DNA of 64,000 nucleotides from Alphaproteobacteria bacterium (lineage in GTDB: Bacteria > Pseudomonadota > Alphaproteobacteria > UBA7887). Shown here piece by piece: positions 1 to 9,821 of this stretch. A program made the translations under genes and the position numbers. Numbering within the stretch: position 1 is the first letter of the stretch; the number at the start of each line of letters is the position of its first letter. The notes below the pieces were generated by a model. The model did not search any database, had not been told where the DNA came from, and saw nothing but the letters and a program-made list of their open reading frames with translations. Where the stretch lies: assembly GCA_965216755.1 (NCBI GenBank), contig CBDCGL010000011.1:4179482-4243481 (forward strand), read 5' to 3'.

Positions 1-1106
1 AGTGCCGGTTGCTTTCCGTGCAGTGCGCCATAGGAGATGCGCAGTTCGACCTCTCCCACGTCGGTGAATTTGATGGCATTTCCCACCAAATTATTGAGCA
101 CCTGGCGGATTCTCGTCGGGTCGCCATTTACGATAGCCGGCACATCGGGCGCGACTTCAGCAGACAGCCGCACCTTCTTTTCTTGCGCAAGCGGTTCAAA
201 CATGCGCAGCACCCGATTCACGATATCATCGACGCTGAAATCAATTCTTTCCAGTTGCATCAACCCCGCGGACAAACGTGAAAAATCGAGAATATCGTTG
301 ATCACACCCAAAAGGTCGTGGGATGCGTCTTTCATGTTTACGCAGTAGCTTTTTTGCGTTGGATCCAGGTCCGTGTTGGCGAGCAATTCGTTCATGCCAA
401 TGATGCTGTTCATGGGCGAGCGCATCTCGTGGGTCATTGTTGCGAGAAATCGCTCTTTAGCTTTGACCGCGTCATTTGCGTTCTCGAGCGCGTCGCGTAG
501 CTGCATCGCCAAATCTTCGGAAGAAATGCGATAGGCAATCGACCGCTTAAGCGCGACATGGAACTCATTTGATGCATTGATCAGGAATCCCAAATACGCC
601 AGCACCAAGACCCCGAGTACGATCGCCATCTCTTGACCGCTGGACAGCATGGTCACGGCCAATGGCCCCAACATTGTAATGCCGAACCAAATCGACGATG
701 CCAGAAAGCCGGTGAATAGCACCAGGGCGCCGGCCGCGACCCCGTTACATGTCATGACGAGAAACGCCTGATGTTCGGGCCCGACGTGATGAAAACAGGT
801 CGCCGCCAACAGCGCGGTCGGAAGTGCTTGGCAGATTGCGGCGACCAGGTGGAATCGTCGCCACTTCGCGGCACCCTGGTCCGCCGGCGAGGCGCCACGA
901 AACGCATGAACAAGTAACAAGGGCACGCCGCTGACCAACAGATATGCGACCGCCCACGAGACCAAAGTCTCCAGCGGCACCTCGTGCCAGAGTACGTACA
1001 AGACGGCGCTGATAATCAGCGGCACGGCCAGAACGCCGGTGGCGTTCTGGCGAAAAACGATGTCGGCGAGCGTGCCATTGATGCGCCGGTCATCAACGAG
1101 CCTCAT
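1..1106 (-). CDS. Sensor histidine kinase, truncated at its C-terminus by the window edge. It has an N-terminal multi-TM sensor region followed by HisKA and HATPase_c.
   Basis: The minus-strand translation from the ATG at 1106 reads MRLVDDRRING..., followed by about six hydrophobic helices. The H-box TMTHEMRSPMNSIIGMNELL and the N-box NLVGNAIKFT follow, and the ORF runs off the window at position 1. Confidence 0.8.
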   Translation of the reverse strand, partial: MRLVDDRRINGTLADIVFRQNATGVLAVPLIISAVLYVLWHEVPLETLVSWAVAYLLVSGVPLLLVHAFRGASPADQGAAKWRRFHLVAAICQALPTALLAATCFHHVGPEHQAFLVMTCNGVAAGALVLFTGFLASSIWFGITMLGPLAVTMLSSGQEMAIVLGVLVLAYLGFLINASNEFHVALKRSIAYRISSEDLAMQLRDALENANDAVKAKERFLATMTHEMRSPMNSIIGMNELLANTDLDPTQKSYCVNMKDASHDLLGVINDILDFSRLSAGLMQLERIDFSVDDIVNRVLRMFEPLAQEKKVRLSAEVAPDVPAIVNGDPTRIRQVLNNLVGNAIKFTDVGEVELRISYGALHGKQPA

Positions 1107-1434
1107 GCTCTCTGGCAGTCCTTCCGCCGATTTCGTCTGTCGCATTGGGGCCTCGCGCGGCGACATCTCTTATGTTTTTTAGTTTGGGCCGAAGGCCAAT
1201 TACCTGATCGTGTTTAGCATCCGGCCGGTTAATAGGGCGTTAGGGCCAAAGTTATTGGGTTGTTATGATTGGTATCTGTCGTATTCGTGCGAATACGATA
1301 GATCGTTTGAATACGCCGCGCCGGTTGCGCGTATCAGCTCAATCGCTCCAAATCTGAACCTCGGATGAACGCCCTGTTCAGCGCTGATTCAGCTTGTCCG
1401 TGGCCAACTTGGCCATTGGTCAAGGAGAACGGCT

Positions 1435-1773
1435 ATGAAGGGAGCAGTCCGCCTGGCTTTCGGCATCGTCATGACGGTGCTGACGATCACCGCCGTGGCG
1501 CAGCCCGCGTCCGCCCACGATTGGCACAGCGGCCTGGCATTGAAGTGGTATACGCCAGGGCTGGGACTTTGGTTGTATCAACCGCCATGGCCCCGCCATG
1601 GCTACGGGCCGCCAGCGACCTACTACGACCCGCCGCGGCGGTGGCATGCGCCACCCCGCCCCCACCATCGCTTCAAGCGGTGGCCCGGGCCCTCACCACG
1701 CTGGCATCGTCGTCACTTTCGGCCTTGGCATAAGCCATGGCCCCACCGCTGGCGCCGCTTTCGCCACTATTAG
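1435..1773 (+). CDS. Small secreted Pro/Trp/His/Arg-rich protein of unknown function.
   Basis: An ATG at 1435 follows an AAGGAG Shine-Dalgarno sequence. The signal peptide ends AQPASA-HD, and the mature region is dominated by P, W, H and R (for example PRWHRRHFRPWHKPWPHRWRRFRHY). Confidence 0.55.
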   Translation: MKGAVRLAFGIVMTVLTITAVAQPASAHDWHSGLALKWYTPGLGLWLYQPPWPRHGYGPPATYYDPPRRWHAPPRPHHRFKRWPGPSPRWHRRHFRPWHKPWPHRWRRFRHY

Positions 1774-1779
1774 CCGGCG

Positions 1780-2547
1780 TTAGTGATCCTCAAGAAGTGA
1801 TCCAAATCCGACAATTTTGTCGGCGATGCCAAGTTCGCGCAGGCGGTGCCAATAGGTCGCGGCATTGATCGCGATCACCGGTTTGGCCAACCATTTCTCG
1901 GCCTCCGCCGCAAGGCGCATCGCCGAAAGGTTGGTGCCGACTTGAACCAGGGCATCGACGTCATCTGAGTCTATGTTCCGCATGGTCTCGCGCAAGTCAT
2001 CCTCGGAAACTTCGGCGATGGCCACGGGGCTTGGACAGCGCAGGCCGATGAGGCGAACCACATTGAATCCACAATCGGAAAAGAAACGAGTCACTTGCGC
2101 ATCGGCGATCGGTTGGTACGGCGAAATCACGGCGATACGCGTCGCCCCATAGAGTCGGAGCGCGGCGGCGGCCGCAAATGAACCGGCCGTGACCGGCACG
2201 CCGGCGTGGTCGGCAAGCTCTTGTCGCCGCTTTGCTGACGCGTCAAGTCCGCCCCAAAACATGTGGGACGACATGCCCATCATCAGATAGTCGGGTGCGC
2301 AGGTGAGGCACCGGTCGACAGCACCCAGAAGCTCTCGGCCAATGGTATCCATCAGTGCTTTGAAATCATCGTCGTTTCGAATCGGCATGTTCGCGACCAT
2401 GATGCGGCCGAAATGGTTGGCCACACCACGTGGCCGCATGTCGTCGAAGTCCGGTTGAACTACCGTATTGGTTGACGGCGCGACGACCGCGATTTTGGCC
2501 CGCCAACCCAGCGCATCGGCGCTGCGTGCAACAGCTTCGGGGTTCAT
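1780..2547 (-). CDS. Asp/Glu/hydantoin racemase family protein, most like the maleate isomerase / arylmalonate decarboxylase group.
   Basis: The ORF is 1780-2691. The internal start MNPEAV at 2547 has an AAGGA Shine-Dalgarno sequence and removes the overlap with the divergent gene at 2669. The KIAVVAPSTNTVVQPDF opening and two conserved Cys regions fit the racemase fold. Confidence 0.55.
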   Translation of the reverse strand: MNPEAVARSADALGWRAKIAVVAPSTNTVVQPDFDDMRPRGVANHFGRIMVANMPIRNDDDFKALMDTIGRELLGAVDRCLTCAPDYLMMGMSSHMFWGGLDASAKRRQELADHAGVPVTAGSFAAAAALRLYGATRIAVISPYQPIADAQVTRFFSDCGFNVVRLIGLRCPSPVAIAEVSEDDLRETMRNIDSDDVDALVQVGTNLSAMRLAAEAEKWLAKPVIAINAATYWHRLRELGIADKIVGFGSLLEDH

Positions 2548-2668
2548 CGCGGTGTCCTTTCCGGTCGTGGCGGCAGGCCTTGGGTGGCGACGGATAAAGC
2601 GATAGTCTGGGCATCGTGCATATGCCGACAACGATCCTATCGGATCCAGCCGAGGACGGGTTTTTGAA

Positions 2669-3079
2669 ATGGACGACGCGTATCCCGACATTGTCGAATC
2701 GTTACGGGCTTATTTTGATGGGTTTTACTACAGCGACGTGGCGCAACTGAAAACCATCTTTCATCCGGCTTGCCACCTTTACACGGCGACCGACGGGCCG
2801 TTGCAGGATGATGACATGGACGCGGTCTATGCCCGCGTCGCCGGGCGTACGGCGCCGGCTGCAAATCGCCAGAAACGGTTGGACCGGATCTTGTCAGTCG
2901 ATCATTCGGGTCCGGAATCGGCACTCGCGAAAGTACAGATCGCCATCGGCGAGAAGCTGTTCACCGACTATTTGACGATGTTGAAGATCGGTGGTCGTTG
3001 GCAAATCATATCAAAGACCTACACCTATGTGCCGATTGCGGTCGAGGTCGAAGACGCGGGCAGTGTCGCCGCCGAATAG
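2669..3079 (+). CDS. NTF2-like protein of the putative lumazine-binding / SnoaL-like family.
   Basis: The protein is 136 aa. Its N-terminal pattern YFDGFYYSDVAQLKTIFHPACHL is typical of NTF2-like, Lumazine_bd_2-type proteins. Confidence 0.55.
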   Translation: MDDAYPDIVESLRAYFDGFYYSDVAQLKTIFHPACHLYTATDGPLQDDDMDAVYARVAGRTAPAANRQKRLDRILSVDHSGPESALAKVQIAIGEKLFTDYLTMLKIGGRWQIISKTYTYVPIAVEVEDAGSVAAE

Positions 3080-3086
3080 GCCGATT

Positions 3087-3575
3087 TTAGTCGTGTTCGT
3101 CCGGCGTTAGCCGATAGCGAAAATCGCAATGGTCGGCGCCGGACATGATGGTTTGTGTTCGGGTCAGCTTAATGCGGGGATTGTAGCCTGTACAAAAGGC
3201 GCCATCGCGGCCGCAGGATAGAATGGCGCCGATATCTTCGAGGCCCATGTCACGATACATCTCGGCGTAGCGGCACCGCGTCACGTTAAAGGCGAAGTGC
3301 TCGTCGTCTTGTTCGAGGATGTCGATGTTAAGTGCATCATCGGCCTGCCATTGGGGCAAAAGGGCGGCAAAGCCCGCCAGATCGTTGGCGACCGTTTGTC
3401 GTGCCGCATGCGCGCGGCCATGATCGACCGCATTGCGGACGATCGCCCTTTGCAAAATGGCCTGAGCCTGTTCGGGTCCCAATGCGGCGGACATTTCCTC
3501 GTAGATCGGCCGAATAACATTGGCCTCGATACGGCGCCGCGACAGGATCGGAAGGTCGTCAATGCTGTGGGTCAT
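3087..3575 (-). CDS. Small conserved protein, possibly an L-2-amino-thiazoline-4-carboxylate hydrolase-like family member.
   Basis: The ORF is a clean 162 aa with no signal peptide. The family assignment comes from recalled motif similarity only. Confidence 0.35.
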   Translation of the reverse strand: MTHSIDDLPILSRRRIEANVIRPIYEEMSAALGPEQAQAILQRAIVRNAVDHGRAHAARQTVANDLAGFAALLPQWQADDALNIDILEQDDEHFAFNVTRCRYAEMYRDMGLEDIGAILSCGRDGAFCTGYNPRIKLTRTQTIMSGADHCDFRYRLTPDEHD

Positions 3576-3649
3576 GGCAAACTAGATTTGGATTTAGCCC
3601 GATGTTCGCACGCCAGAGTATGATCGATCGTAGCCAATAGGACCACGCC

Positions 3650-4411
3650 ATGGATCTTGGACTCAACGGCAAACGCGCGATCGTGACAGGTGGATCGCGG
3701 GGCATCGGCCGCGCGATCGCCGAAACATTGGCGCGCGAAGGCTGCGCGGTCGGCCTTTGTGCACGCGGCGCGGACGGCGTCGAAGACGCCGTCCGTGCAT
3801 GTGAAGCCCTTGGCCAGCATGCCCTTGGCGCTGCCGTGAATGTCGCCGATGGTGCGGCGCTGCAAGGCTGGATCGCAGAAACCGCGGAGAGTCTGGGCGG
3901 TCTTGACGTACTCGTCTGCAATGCCAGCGCCTTGGCCACCGCACAAACCGATGCCGCGTGGCAAAAGGGTTTCGCGACCGACATTATGGGCACCGTGCAC
4001 GCGGTCGAGGCGGCGCTGCCTTTTCTGAAGCGCGGCGATGGCGGCGCCATCGTCGCGATCGCCAGCACGGCCGCGTTGGAAATCTATTCCGGCTCGCGCC
4101 CGTATAGCGCGGTGAAAGCGGCACTGATCAACTATGTCGCCGGTCTGAGCGCGACGCTTGGGCAAGATCATATTCGTGCCAATAGCGTTTGCCCCGGCGC
4201 GACCTATTTCCCGGGCGGCGTCTGGGCGCGGGCCGAGACCGAGAACCCGGACGCGTACCAGGCGTTGGTCGGTCGCGCTGCCCTTGGCCGAATGGCCGGG
4301 CCGGAAGAAATCGCGCGGGCCGCCGTATTTTTGGCCAGTCCCGCCGCGAGTTTCATCACCGGCGCGAACTTGGTGGTCGACGGCGGTCTGACCCATCGTG
4401 TGCAATATTGA
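3650..4411 (+). CDS. SDR family NAD(P)-dependent oxidoreductase.
   Basis: It carries the TGGSRGIGRAIA Rossmann motif and NASA plus Y-x3-K catalytic residues (YSAVKAAL), and is 253 aa. Confidence 0.85.
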   Translation: MDLGLNGKRAIVTGGSRGIGRAIAETLAREGCAVGLCARGADGVEDAVRACEALGQHALGAAVNVADGAALQGWIAETAESLGGLDVLVCNASALATAQTDAAWQKGFATDIMGTVHAVEAALPFLKRGDGGAIVAIASTAALEIYSGSRPYSAVKAALINYVAGLSATLGQDHIRANSVCPGATYFPGGVWARAETENPDAYQALVGRAALGRMAGPEEIARAAVFLASPAASFITGANLVVDGGLTHRVQY

Positions 4412-4532
4412 GGGCTTGGCCAAGCGATCGGTCGCGCGTGACAGCATTGCCGAAGCGACCGAAACGGTGTACCCGCTAGAACCGTCGGCGCCGTCGGGTC
4501 GGCGAAGTAGAACGCGCAACGGAGCAATCTTT

Positions 4533-4778
4533 ATGGCAGATGACACAAAAAATGACGACGGTCGTGAACGGATTACAGTTCTGGCCAAGGAATTTACGCC
4601 TGCTGCAATGGAGTACCATCGCCGGCGCATGGGCAATCAAGGCTATTCATTGGCGGCGCCGATTACAGCCCACAAGGTTTTTGTTATTGAAGGGCCGGGC
4701 GAGCCGACCCCGTTGCTTGGCGGCGAAGAGTATTTCGCTGCAACTTTTATTCGCAAATCGCCGGACGATGAAGATTGA
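4533..4778 (+). CDS. Small hypothetical protein of 81 aa.
   Basis: An ATG at 4533 follows a GGAG Shine-Dalgarno sequence. The protein is acidic and has no TM segment. The longer ORF reported from 4398 has no ribosome-binding site. Confidence 0.4.
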   Translation: MADDTKNDDGRERITVLAKEFTPAAMEYHRRRMGNQGYSLAAPITAHKVFVIEGPGEPTPLLGGEEYFAATFIRKSPDDED

Positions 4779-4864
4779 AACGTGTGATTCAGCCGAATTG
4801 CCTCCGGCAGACCGTTGACGGCGCAGGAATGTGGTCCGCAGCGGTCGTGAGCGTGTGAATTGCG

Positions 4865-6127
4865 ATGGACGGCGCGCAGCCACCAACCGGTTCTGCTGAC
4901 AAACCGACTCTGCGGCGCAGCCTGTCTTTGCCGCTGCTCGTCCTGTTTGGACTGGGCACGACCATCGGAGCCGGTATTTATGTGTTGCTGGGCGAGGTCG
5001 TCGGGCGCGCTGGGGTCTTCGCCGCGGTAGCGTTTTTGGTTGCATCGGTACTCGCCGGAATCAGCGGTTTCAGTTTCGCGGAGCTGTCAGCGCGTTTTCC
5101 GCGCAGTGCGGGCGAAGCGCTCTACGTGCGTCATGGCCTAAATTCGCGGACATTGGCATTGGTGGTTGGGCTGATGGTGGTCTTTGCCGGCTCGGTGTCG
5201 TCGGCGGCCATCGTCCACGGGTTTGCCGGTTATGCGCGTGAGGTGGTCGACCTTCCCCGCGACCCCATCGTTGTCGCGGCTATAATCGCGCTGGGCGCCG
5301 TGACCGTGTGGGGTATACGAGAGTCTGTTTCTTTGGCGGCGATCCTGACGGCATTCGAAATCGCCGGATTGGTGCTGGTGATTGGCGCCGGCGCGTGGGC
5401 GGTGAGTACTCACGGGCCGGTTGTCCAGACCGAGACATTCAGCTCCTTAGGCGCGGCGGGGCTGGGCATTGGCAGTGCCGCCGTTTTGGCGTTTTACGCG
5501 TTTATTGGGTTCGAGGATCTGGTCAACGTTGCCGAAGAGGTTCGCGACGTGGAACACGCCATGCCACGGGCCATCCTCTGGACGCTGGCGGCGACCCTGG
5601 TCCTGTATGTCGCTGTCGCGTTGGTGGCTGTCGCGGTGGCGCCGATCGATGGATTGCGCGCCAGTGAGGCCCCGCTTGCCTACGTATTTGTCATGGCCAG
5701 CGGGCGTTCCGGCGCGGTGATCGTTGCGATCGGGCTGTTTGCGGTGGTCAATGGGGCGCTGATCCAAATGATCATGGCGTCGCGTGTGCTTTATGGGCTG
5801 TCGGCTTTGGGTTGGTTACCGGGGCCGTTCGGTCGGATTTACCCGCGCACCCGTACGCCTGTCGTTGCGACAGTGTTTGTTGTCGGCGTTATGACAGTGC
5901 TCGCGCTGTGGTTGCCGCTGGTACGGTTGGCTGAATTGACGTCGATCGCGACGTTGATAATTTTCACGCTCGTCAATCTGGCACTTTGGCGACTCAAGCG
6001 CCAGGCTGTGCCGGCGGACGCCGCAACCGCCCGGCCGCGCTTCACGGTGCCGATTTGGGTGCCGGTTCTGGGCAGCATTGTCAGCGCGGGATTCGTCGTA
6101 TACGGGGTTTGGGCTTACCTGTTGTAA
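4865..6127 (+). CDS. APC-family amino acid permease.
   Basis: The 420-aa protein has about 12 TM helices and the FGLGTTIGAGIYVLLGEV signature of the amino acid/polyamine/organocation superfamily. Confidence 0.8.
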   Translation: MDGAQPPTGSADKPTLRRSLSLPLLVLFGLGTTIGAGIYVLLGEVVGRAGVFAAVAFLVASVLAGISGFSFAELSARFPRSAGEALYVRHGLNSRTLALVVGLMVVFAGSVSSAAIVHGFAGYAREVVDLPRDPIVVAAIIALGAVTVWGIRESVSLAAILTAFEIAGLVLVIGAGAWAVSTHGPVVQTETFSSLGAAGLGIGSAAVLAFYAFIGFEDLVNVAEEVRDVEHAMPRAILWTLAATLVLYVAVALVAVAVAPIDGLRASEAPLAYVFVMASGRSGAVIVAIGLFAVVNGALIQMIMASRVLYGLSALGWLPGPFGRIYPRTRTPVVATVFVVGVMTVLALWLPLVRLAELTSIATLIIFTLVNLALWRLKRQAVPADAATARPRFTVPIWVPVLGSIVSAGFVVYGVWAYLL

Positions 6128-6872
6128 GGCAGAAACCGTTGCCAGTGCCATTCCGCTTGCCGGTTCGCGCAATCCGGGTTCGCATTTCGCCAGTCACCTG
6201 CCCGCCACGGACGGCAAGCCGAACATGGCGCGGCAAGCGCTCAGCGGCCCGCGAAAACGCCCGCCGTGCCATATCGCCAACGGTCAAAACCGTTTTGATG
6301 TCGGCACGCTGACGAAACATCTGGTCGCGCGCCGGCCTGGGCGGACGCGAGTCTATGTCGCAGCGCACGAGTGCCCGGCGCCGGTTGGTGCGCCGAAATC
6401 GTACGCCGCTAGGACGCGGTACCTGGGGCGACCCAGCACGCGTATGATTGTAGGAGCCGGGCGGCAAGCACAACCAGTGCTCCATACGATCTGGCATTTC
6501 GTTAGTCTGGTTTCAGTATGCATGCGGTGCAAGGGGGGCATCGCGCGGCGACGGAACGTTGACCCAGCGGCTGCTACCCCTGAATGGCAATTGGCGAGAA
6601 TTTTCGAAAAATACCTATAATATTGATGGAGCGGTAACTAGATACTGTATAACATAGACATGATCGTTATAACATTTCTAAATTGGCTTGGTGGGCGCGC
6701 CAATTGAGTCCAAAACGGTGCCGTGACAATTTTGGGGCGACCACGATTTGCAGTGGCAAAGGGCCTGTCCACGCGTGAACAATGCTGGCGATGAAGATTC
6801 GGGGCGTCGCTCGCTCGATTGCCGAGAATAGCTCGATCGCCGAGAAAAGAAGGTCAGGAAAGCTTTACACCT

Positions 6873-7655
6873 ATGTATGTTCACCCGCTCGGTTGGGACG
6901 CAGCGCCCGCCCGGGAAGCGTATGATCGACAGCAATCTCTGGTGCCGGGATTGTTGCCAGAATATTTTGTTGCCCGGGCCGACACGGAAGACCTGTTGCG
7001 GCAATGTTTCGCGCTCCGATATCAGGTCTATTGTATTGAGAACCAGTTTGAGGATCCGACCGTAAACGTTGCTGGGTTGGAATCCGATATTTATGACGAG
7101 CAAGCGGTTCACGCGCTGGTTATTCATGTCAAGACTGGCATTCCAGTCGCGACCATAAGGCTTATCCTGCCGGTTGCTGCGGATAATCGGACATTGCCCT
7201 TTTTTGACGTGTGCGATCACCTGCGATTTGAAGATTTTTGTATCGCGGCGGGCGAACTCGGAGAGATGTCGCGGTTCGCAATCGGCAAGGCTGCGCGACG
7301 ATTGTCCATGCCGGCCTCAAACGAGCAAGAGCGGGTCGCGCTGGATCCGTTGGGGCGTCTGCGGACGGATGGTCGAATTGCGCCGACCGTCGGGTTGGCG
7401 AGCGCGGTCGTTCGGCTTTGCGTGGAGAACAATGTTCATTACGTTTGCGGTTTGAGCAGTCGCGGTGTTCTCCGGCGCATGGGAGCCCTGGGGATCAAGT
7501 TTGACACCATTGGGCCGGAGGTCGATCATCATGGTTTGCGGTATCCGACCATGACGAATGTGGCCAAGCTCTTGGATGAGACCGCGCGCCTACAACCGGA
7601 CGTTTGGCGCCTTATGTCGTGCGATGGCACGTTACGGAATGTCTTGCATCGGTAA
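6873..7655 (+). CDS. Exosortase/PEP-CTERM system-associated acyltransferase (N-acyl amino acid synthase-like, autoinducer-synthase-related GNAT fold).
   Basis: The motif LRYQVYCIENQFED and the overall length of about 260 aa match the PEP-CTERM-associated acyltransferase family. The ATG at 6873 is preferred over the TTG at 6819. Confidence 0.55.
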   Translation: MYVHPLGWDAAPAREAYDRQQSLVPGLLPEYFVARADTEDLLRQCFALRYQVYCIENQFEDPTVNVAGLESDIYDEQAVHALVIHVKTGIPVATIRLILPVAADNRTLPFFDVCDHLRFEDFCIAAGELGEMSRFAIGKAARRLSMPASNEQERVALDPLGRLRTDGRIAPTVGLASAVVRLCVENNVHYVCGLSSRGVLRRMGALGIKFDTIGPEVDHHGLRYPTMTNVAKLLDETARLQPDVWRLMSCDGTLRNVLHR

Positions 7656-7729
7656 GACATCACGGCTGTGACTCTGGCAATGTTTCGTGTGAGAAGCTTT
7701 TCGGTAAGTCTGTACTGTAAAACGCAGGT

Positions 7730-9424
7730 TTGTCAGTTGGTAACTTCGCCAGTCGAAACCACTGTGGAAATCCAGTGAGTGATCCCATCCCTGCTGCCGC
7801 CTTGCCGGAAAGTCCACGGTTTGTCGACTTGGCTCGTGCCATCGCGCATTGGCGGCGCCGTTTGGGTGACGACGCGGTTCTCGTTGAATCGGCCTGCCGT
7901 CCGTATGAGGCCAATTGCATAGGCTTGCGGCGCTCGATACCCGTTGTTCTGCGGCCGCGTGATGAAACGCAAGTTCGCGACGTTGTCCGAATTGCCAAGC
8001 AATGCAAGGTTTCGATTTACCCGATCAGCACCGGAAAGAATTGGGGCTATGGGGCGGCCTTGCCGACGGCCGAGCGCTCGGTCGTGGTCGATTTGTCGCG
8101 GATGCGCCGGATAAAGGCGATGGAGCCCGAGCTTGGTTTGGTGACTGTTCAACCCGGAGTGACGCAAGGCGACTTGCGGCAATATTTGGATAGGCACAAC
8201 TTGCCGTTTATGGTTCCCGTGACCGGTGCGGGGCCGTCCTGCAGCTTGGTTGGGAATGCGCTTGAGCGCGGCTATGGGATTACACCGCACACCGATCATT
8301 TTCTGGCGGTTCGGTCATTGCGTGCGGTCTTACCCGATGGCCGCGTGTACCAGTCGGCACTGACCGAAGCGGGCGGTGCCCTGGTTGATGGCGCCCACAA
8401 GTGGGGTGTTGGACCTTATCTCGACGGATTGTACAGCCAGGGCGGTTTTGGTGTGGTCACGGAGATGACCATTGCATTGGCATCGGTTCCCGAACGTGTC
8501 GATGTGTTCACGATGGCGATAGAGAACGACGATGACTTGGGCGAGATTGTCGATGCCGTTCGCGACTTGCTGCAAAGGTCGGGCGGCGCCATCGGTGGCA
8601 TCAACCTGATGAACCGTTTAAGGCTCCTGTCGATGCTTCAGCCCTATCCCTGGCAACATGTGCCGCCTGGGGGCGTCATCTCAGACAGGTTGGCCGAACG
8701 CCTTGGCCGCGAAGCGCGGTTGCCCGCTTGGATGGGGCTTGGGGCTATTTACGGCGATCACGAGGTGGTTGCGGGGCTTCGCCAAGCAATGCGGCGGCGG
8801 TTCCGCGGGCTCTCGAAAGACGTCAGGTTTGTTTCCCGGCGCAGCCTCCAATTGACCCGATGGATTGGCGGCCGCGTTCCAGGTAGGTTCGGGCGGATCC
8901 TGCGCCAACGCTTTCTCATGGCGTCGGAAATTTTGGGCATTGCGTCCGGCGTCCCGAGTGAAACACCACTTCGGCTTGCATACTGGAAATCGGCGACGCC
9001 GATTCCAACCATGGGATCGTTGGATCCCGCGCGAGACGGATGTGGCATTGTTTGGTTTGCGCCACTGGTGCCGATGCGGTCGCGGGACGTCCGCAAGTAC
9101 GTCGCGTTGGTCGGCGATGTGTGTCGGGGCTACGGGGTCGAGCCGCTAATTACCCTGACAACTGTTTCGAACCAGTGTTTCGACAGTACGATTCCGATTT
9201 TGTTTCAAGGCGACGATGGGGGCGAAACAGCGCGCCGCTGCTATGAAGACTTGTTTTCAGCATGTCAAAAGCACGGATATCTGCCCTATCGGATGAATGC
9301 GGGCTCGATGCCCTTATATACCGGCAATCGAGAGTCGACATATTGGCATACGGTACAAGAGCTTAAAGCCGCTCTTGATCCGGAGGGCATCTTCTCGCCC
9401 GGACGATACGCGCCGACTTTTTAG
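7730..9424 (+). CDS. FAD-binding oxidoreductase with a VAO/PCMH-type FAD_binding_4 domain.
   Basis: It shows the LRPRDETQVRDVVRIAKQCKVSIYPISTGKNWGYG FAD-binding signature and a long C-terminal substrate domain. The start is uncertain, either the TTG at 7730 or the GTG at 7775. Confidence 0.65.
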   Translation: MSVGNFASRNHCGNPVSDPIPAAALPESPRFVDLARAIAHWRRRLGDDAVLVESACRPYEANCIGLRRSIPVVLRPRDETQVRDVVRIAKQCKVSIYPISTGKNWGYGAALPTAERSVVVDLSRMRRIKAMEPELGLVTVQPGVTQGDLRQYLDRHNLPFMVPVTGAGPSCSLVGNALERGYGITPHTDHFLAVRSLRAVLPDGRVYQSALTEAGGALVDGAHKWGVGPYLDGLYSQGGFGVVTEMTIALASVPERVDVFTMAIENDDDLGEIVDAVRDLLQRSGGAIGGINLMNRLRLLSMLQPYPWQHVPPGGVISDRLAERLGREARLPAWMGLGAIYGDHEVVAGLRQAMRRRFRGLSKDVRFVSRRSLQLTRWIGGRVPGRFGRILRQRFLMASEILGIASGVPSETPLRLAYWKSATPIPTMGSLDPARDGCGIVWFAPLVPMRSRDVRKYVALVGDVCRGYGVEPLITLTTVSNQCFDSTIPILFQGDDGGETARRCYEDLFSACQKHGYLPYRMNAGSMPLYTGNRESTYWHTVQELKAALDPEGIFSPGRYAPTF

Positions 9425-9821
9425 CCGACACTTGGCGGATGCGGTCTGTACATAGACCACATCGCGCCTGTGTTGGTCGTCCACACTTCGTCGCATTTAT
9501 CCAAAATTCGAATGACTTGCGCGCCGTCATATTTTTCGCCGGCACGAACGGCCTTTAGCTCTTATTCACCACTTTTCTCTAGCTTTCTGCGATAGCCGCA
9601 TAGCCGCGGATGCGGCTGTGAGGTGCACCACTTTTGGTGCGCCATTGTGAGTCGGGCTGCCAATGACGGACATATTCATCGTGGGGCGATCAAAACGCCA
9701 AGGCCAATAGCCTGCTGAAGCGGAACCCGCCCATTCCGTTTGAGCACGGGCGATTGATCAAGCCGGGCCATGGGGTGCTGAGGCTGGTGCAATTCTTGAC
9801 AAATTCCCGATCGCGAATGGC

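Noticed and set aside
3572-4636. Long antisense ORF (354 aa) overlapping the SDR gene. Similar long ORFs lie opposite real genes at 16519-17253, 21768-22706, 59688-60458 and 62728-63204.
   Set aside because: These are typical high-GC frame artefacts. Their translations are low-complexity and Arg/Ala/Gly-rich without recognisable motifs, and the opposite-strand genes have clear family signatures.
6078-6620. 180-aa ORF and an antisense 138-aa ORF in the 700-bp intergenic region before the acyltransferase.
   Set aside because: They have no ribosome-binding site and no recognisable domains. Their Arg/Pro/Gly-rich translation is typical of non-coding high-GC DNA. The region was treated as a leader/promoter instead.
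6819-6872. Longer N-terminus for the exosortase-associated acyltransferase.
   Set aside because: Position 6819 is a TTG codon with no Shine-Dalgarno sequence. The ATG at 6873 gives a length and N-terminus matching the family.
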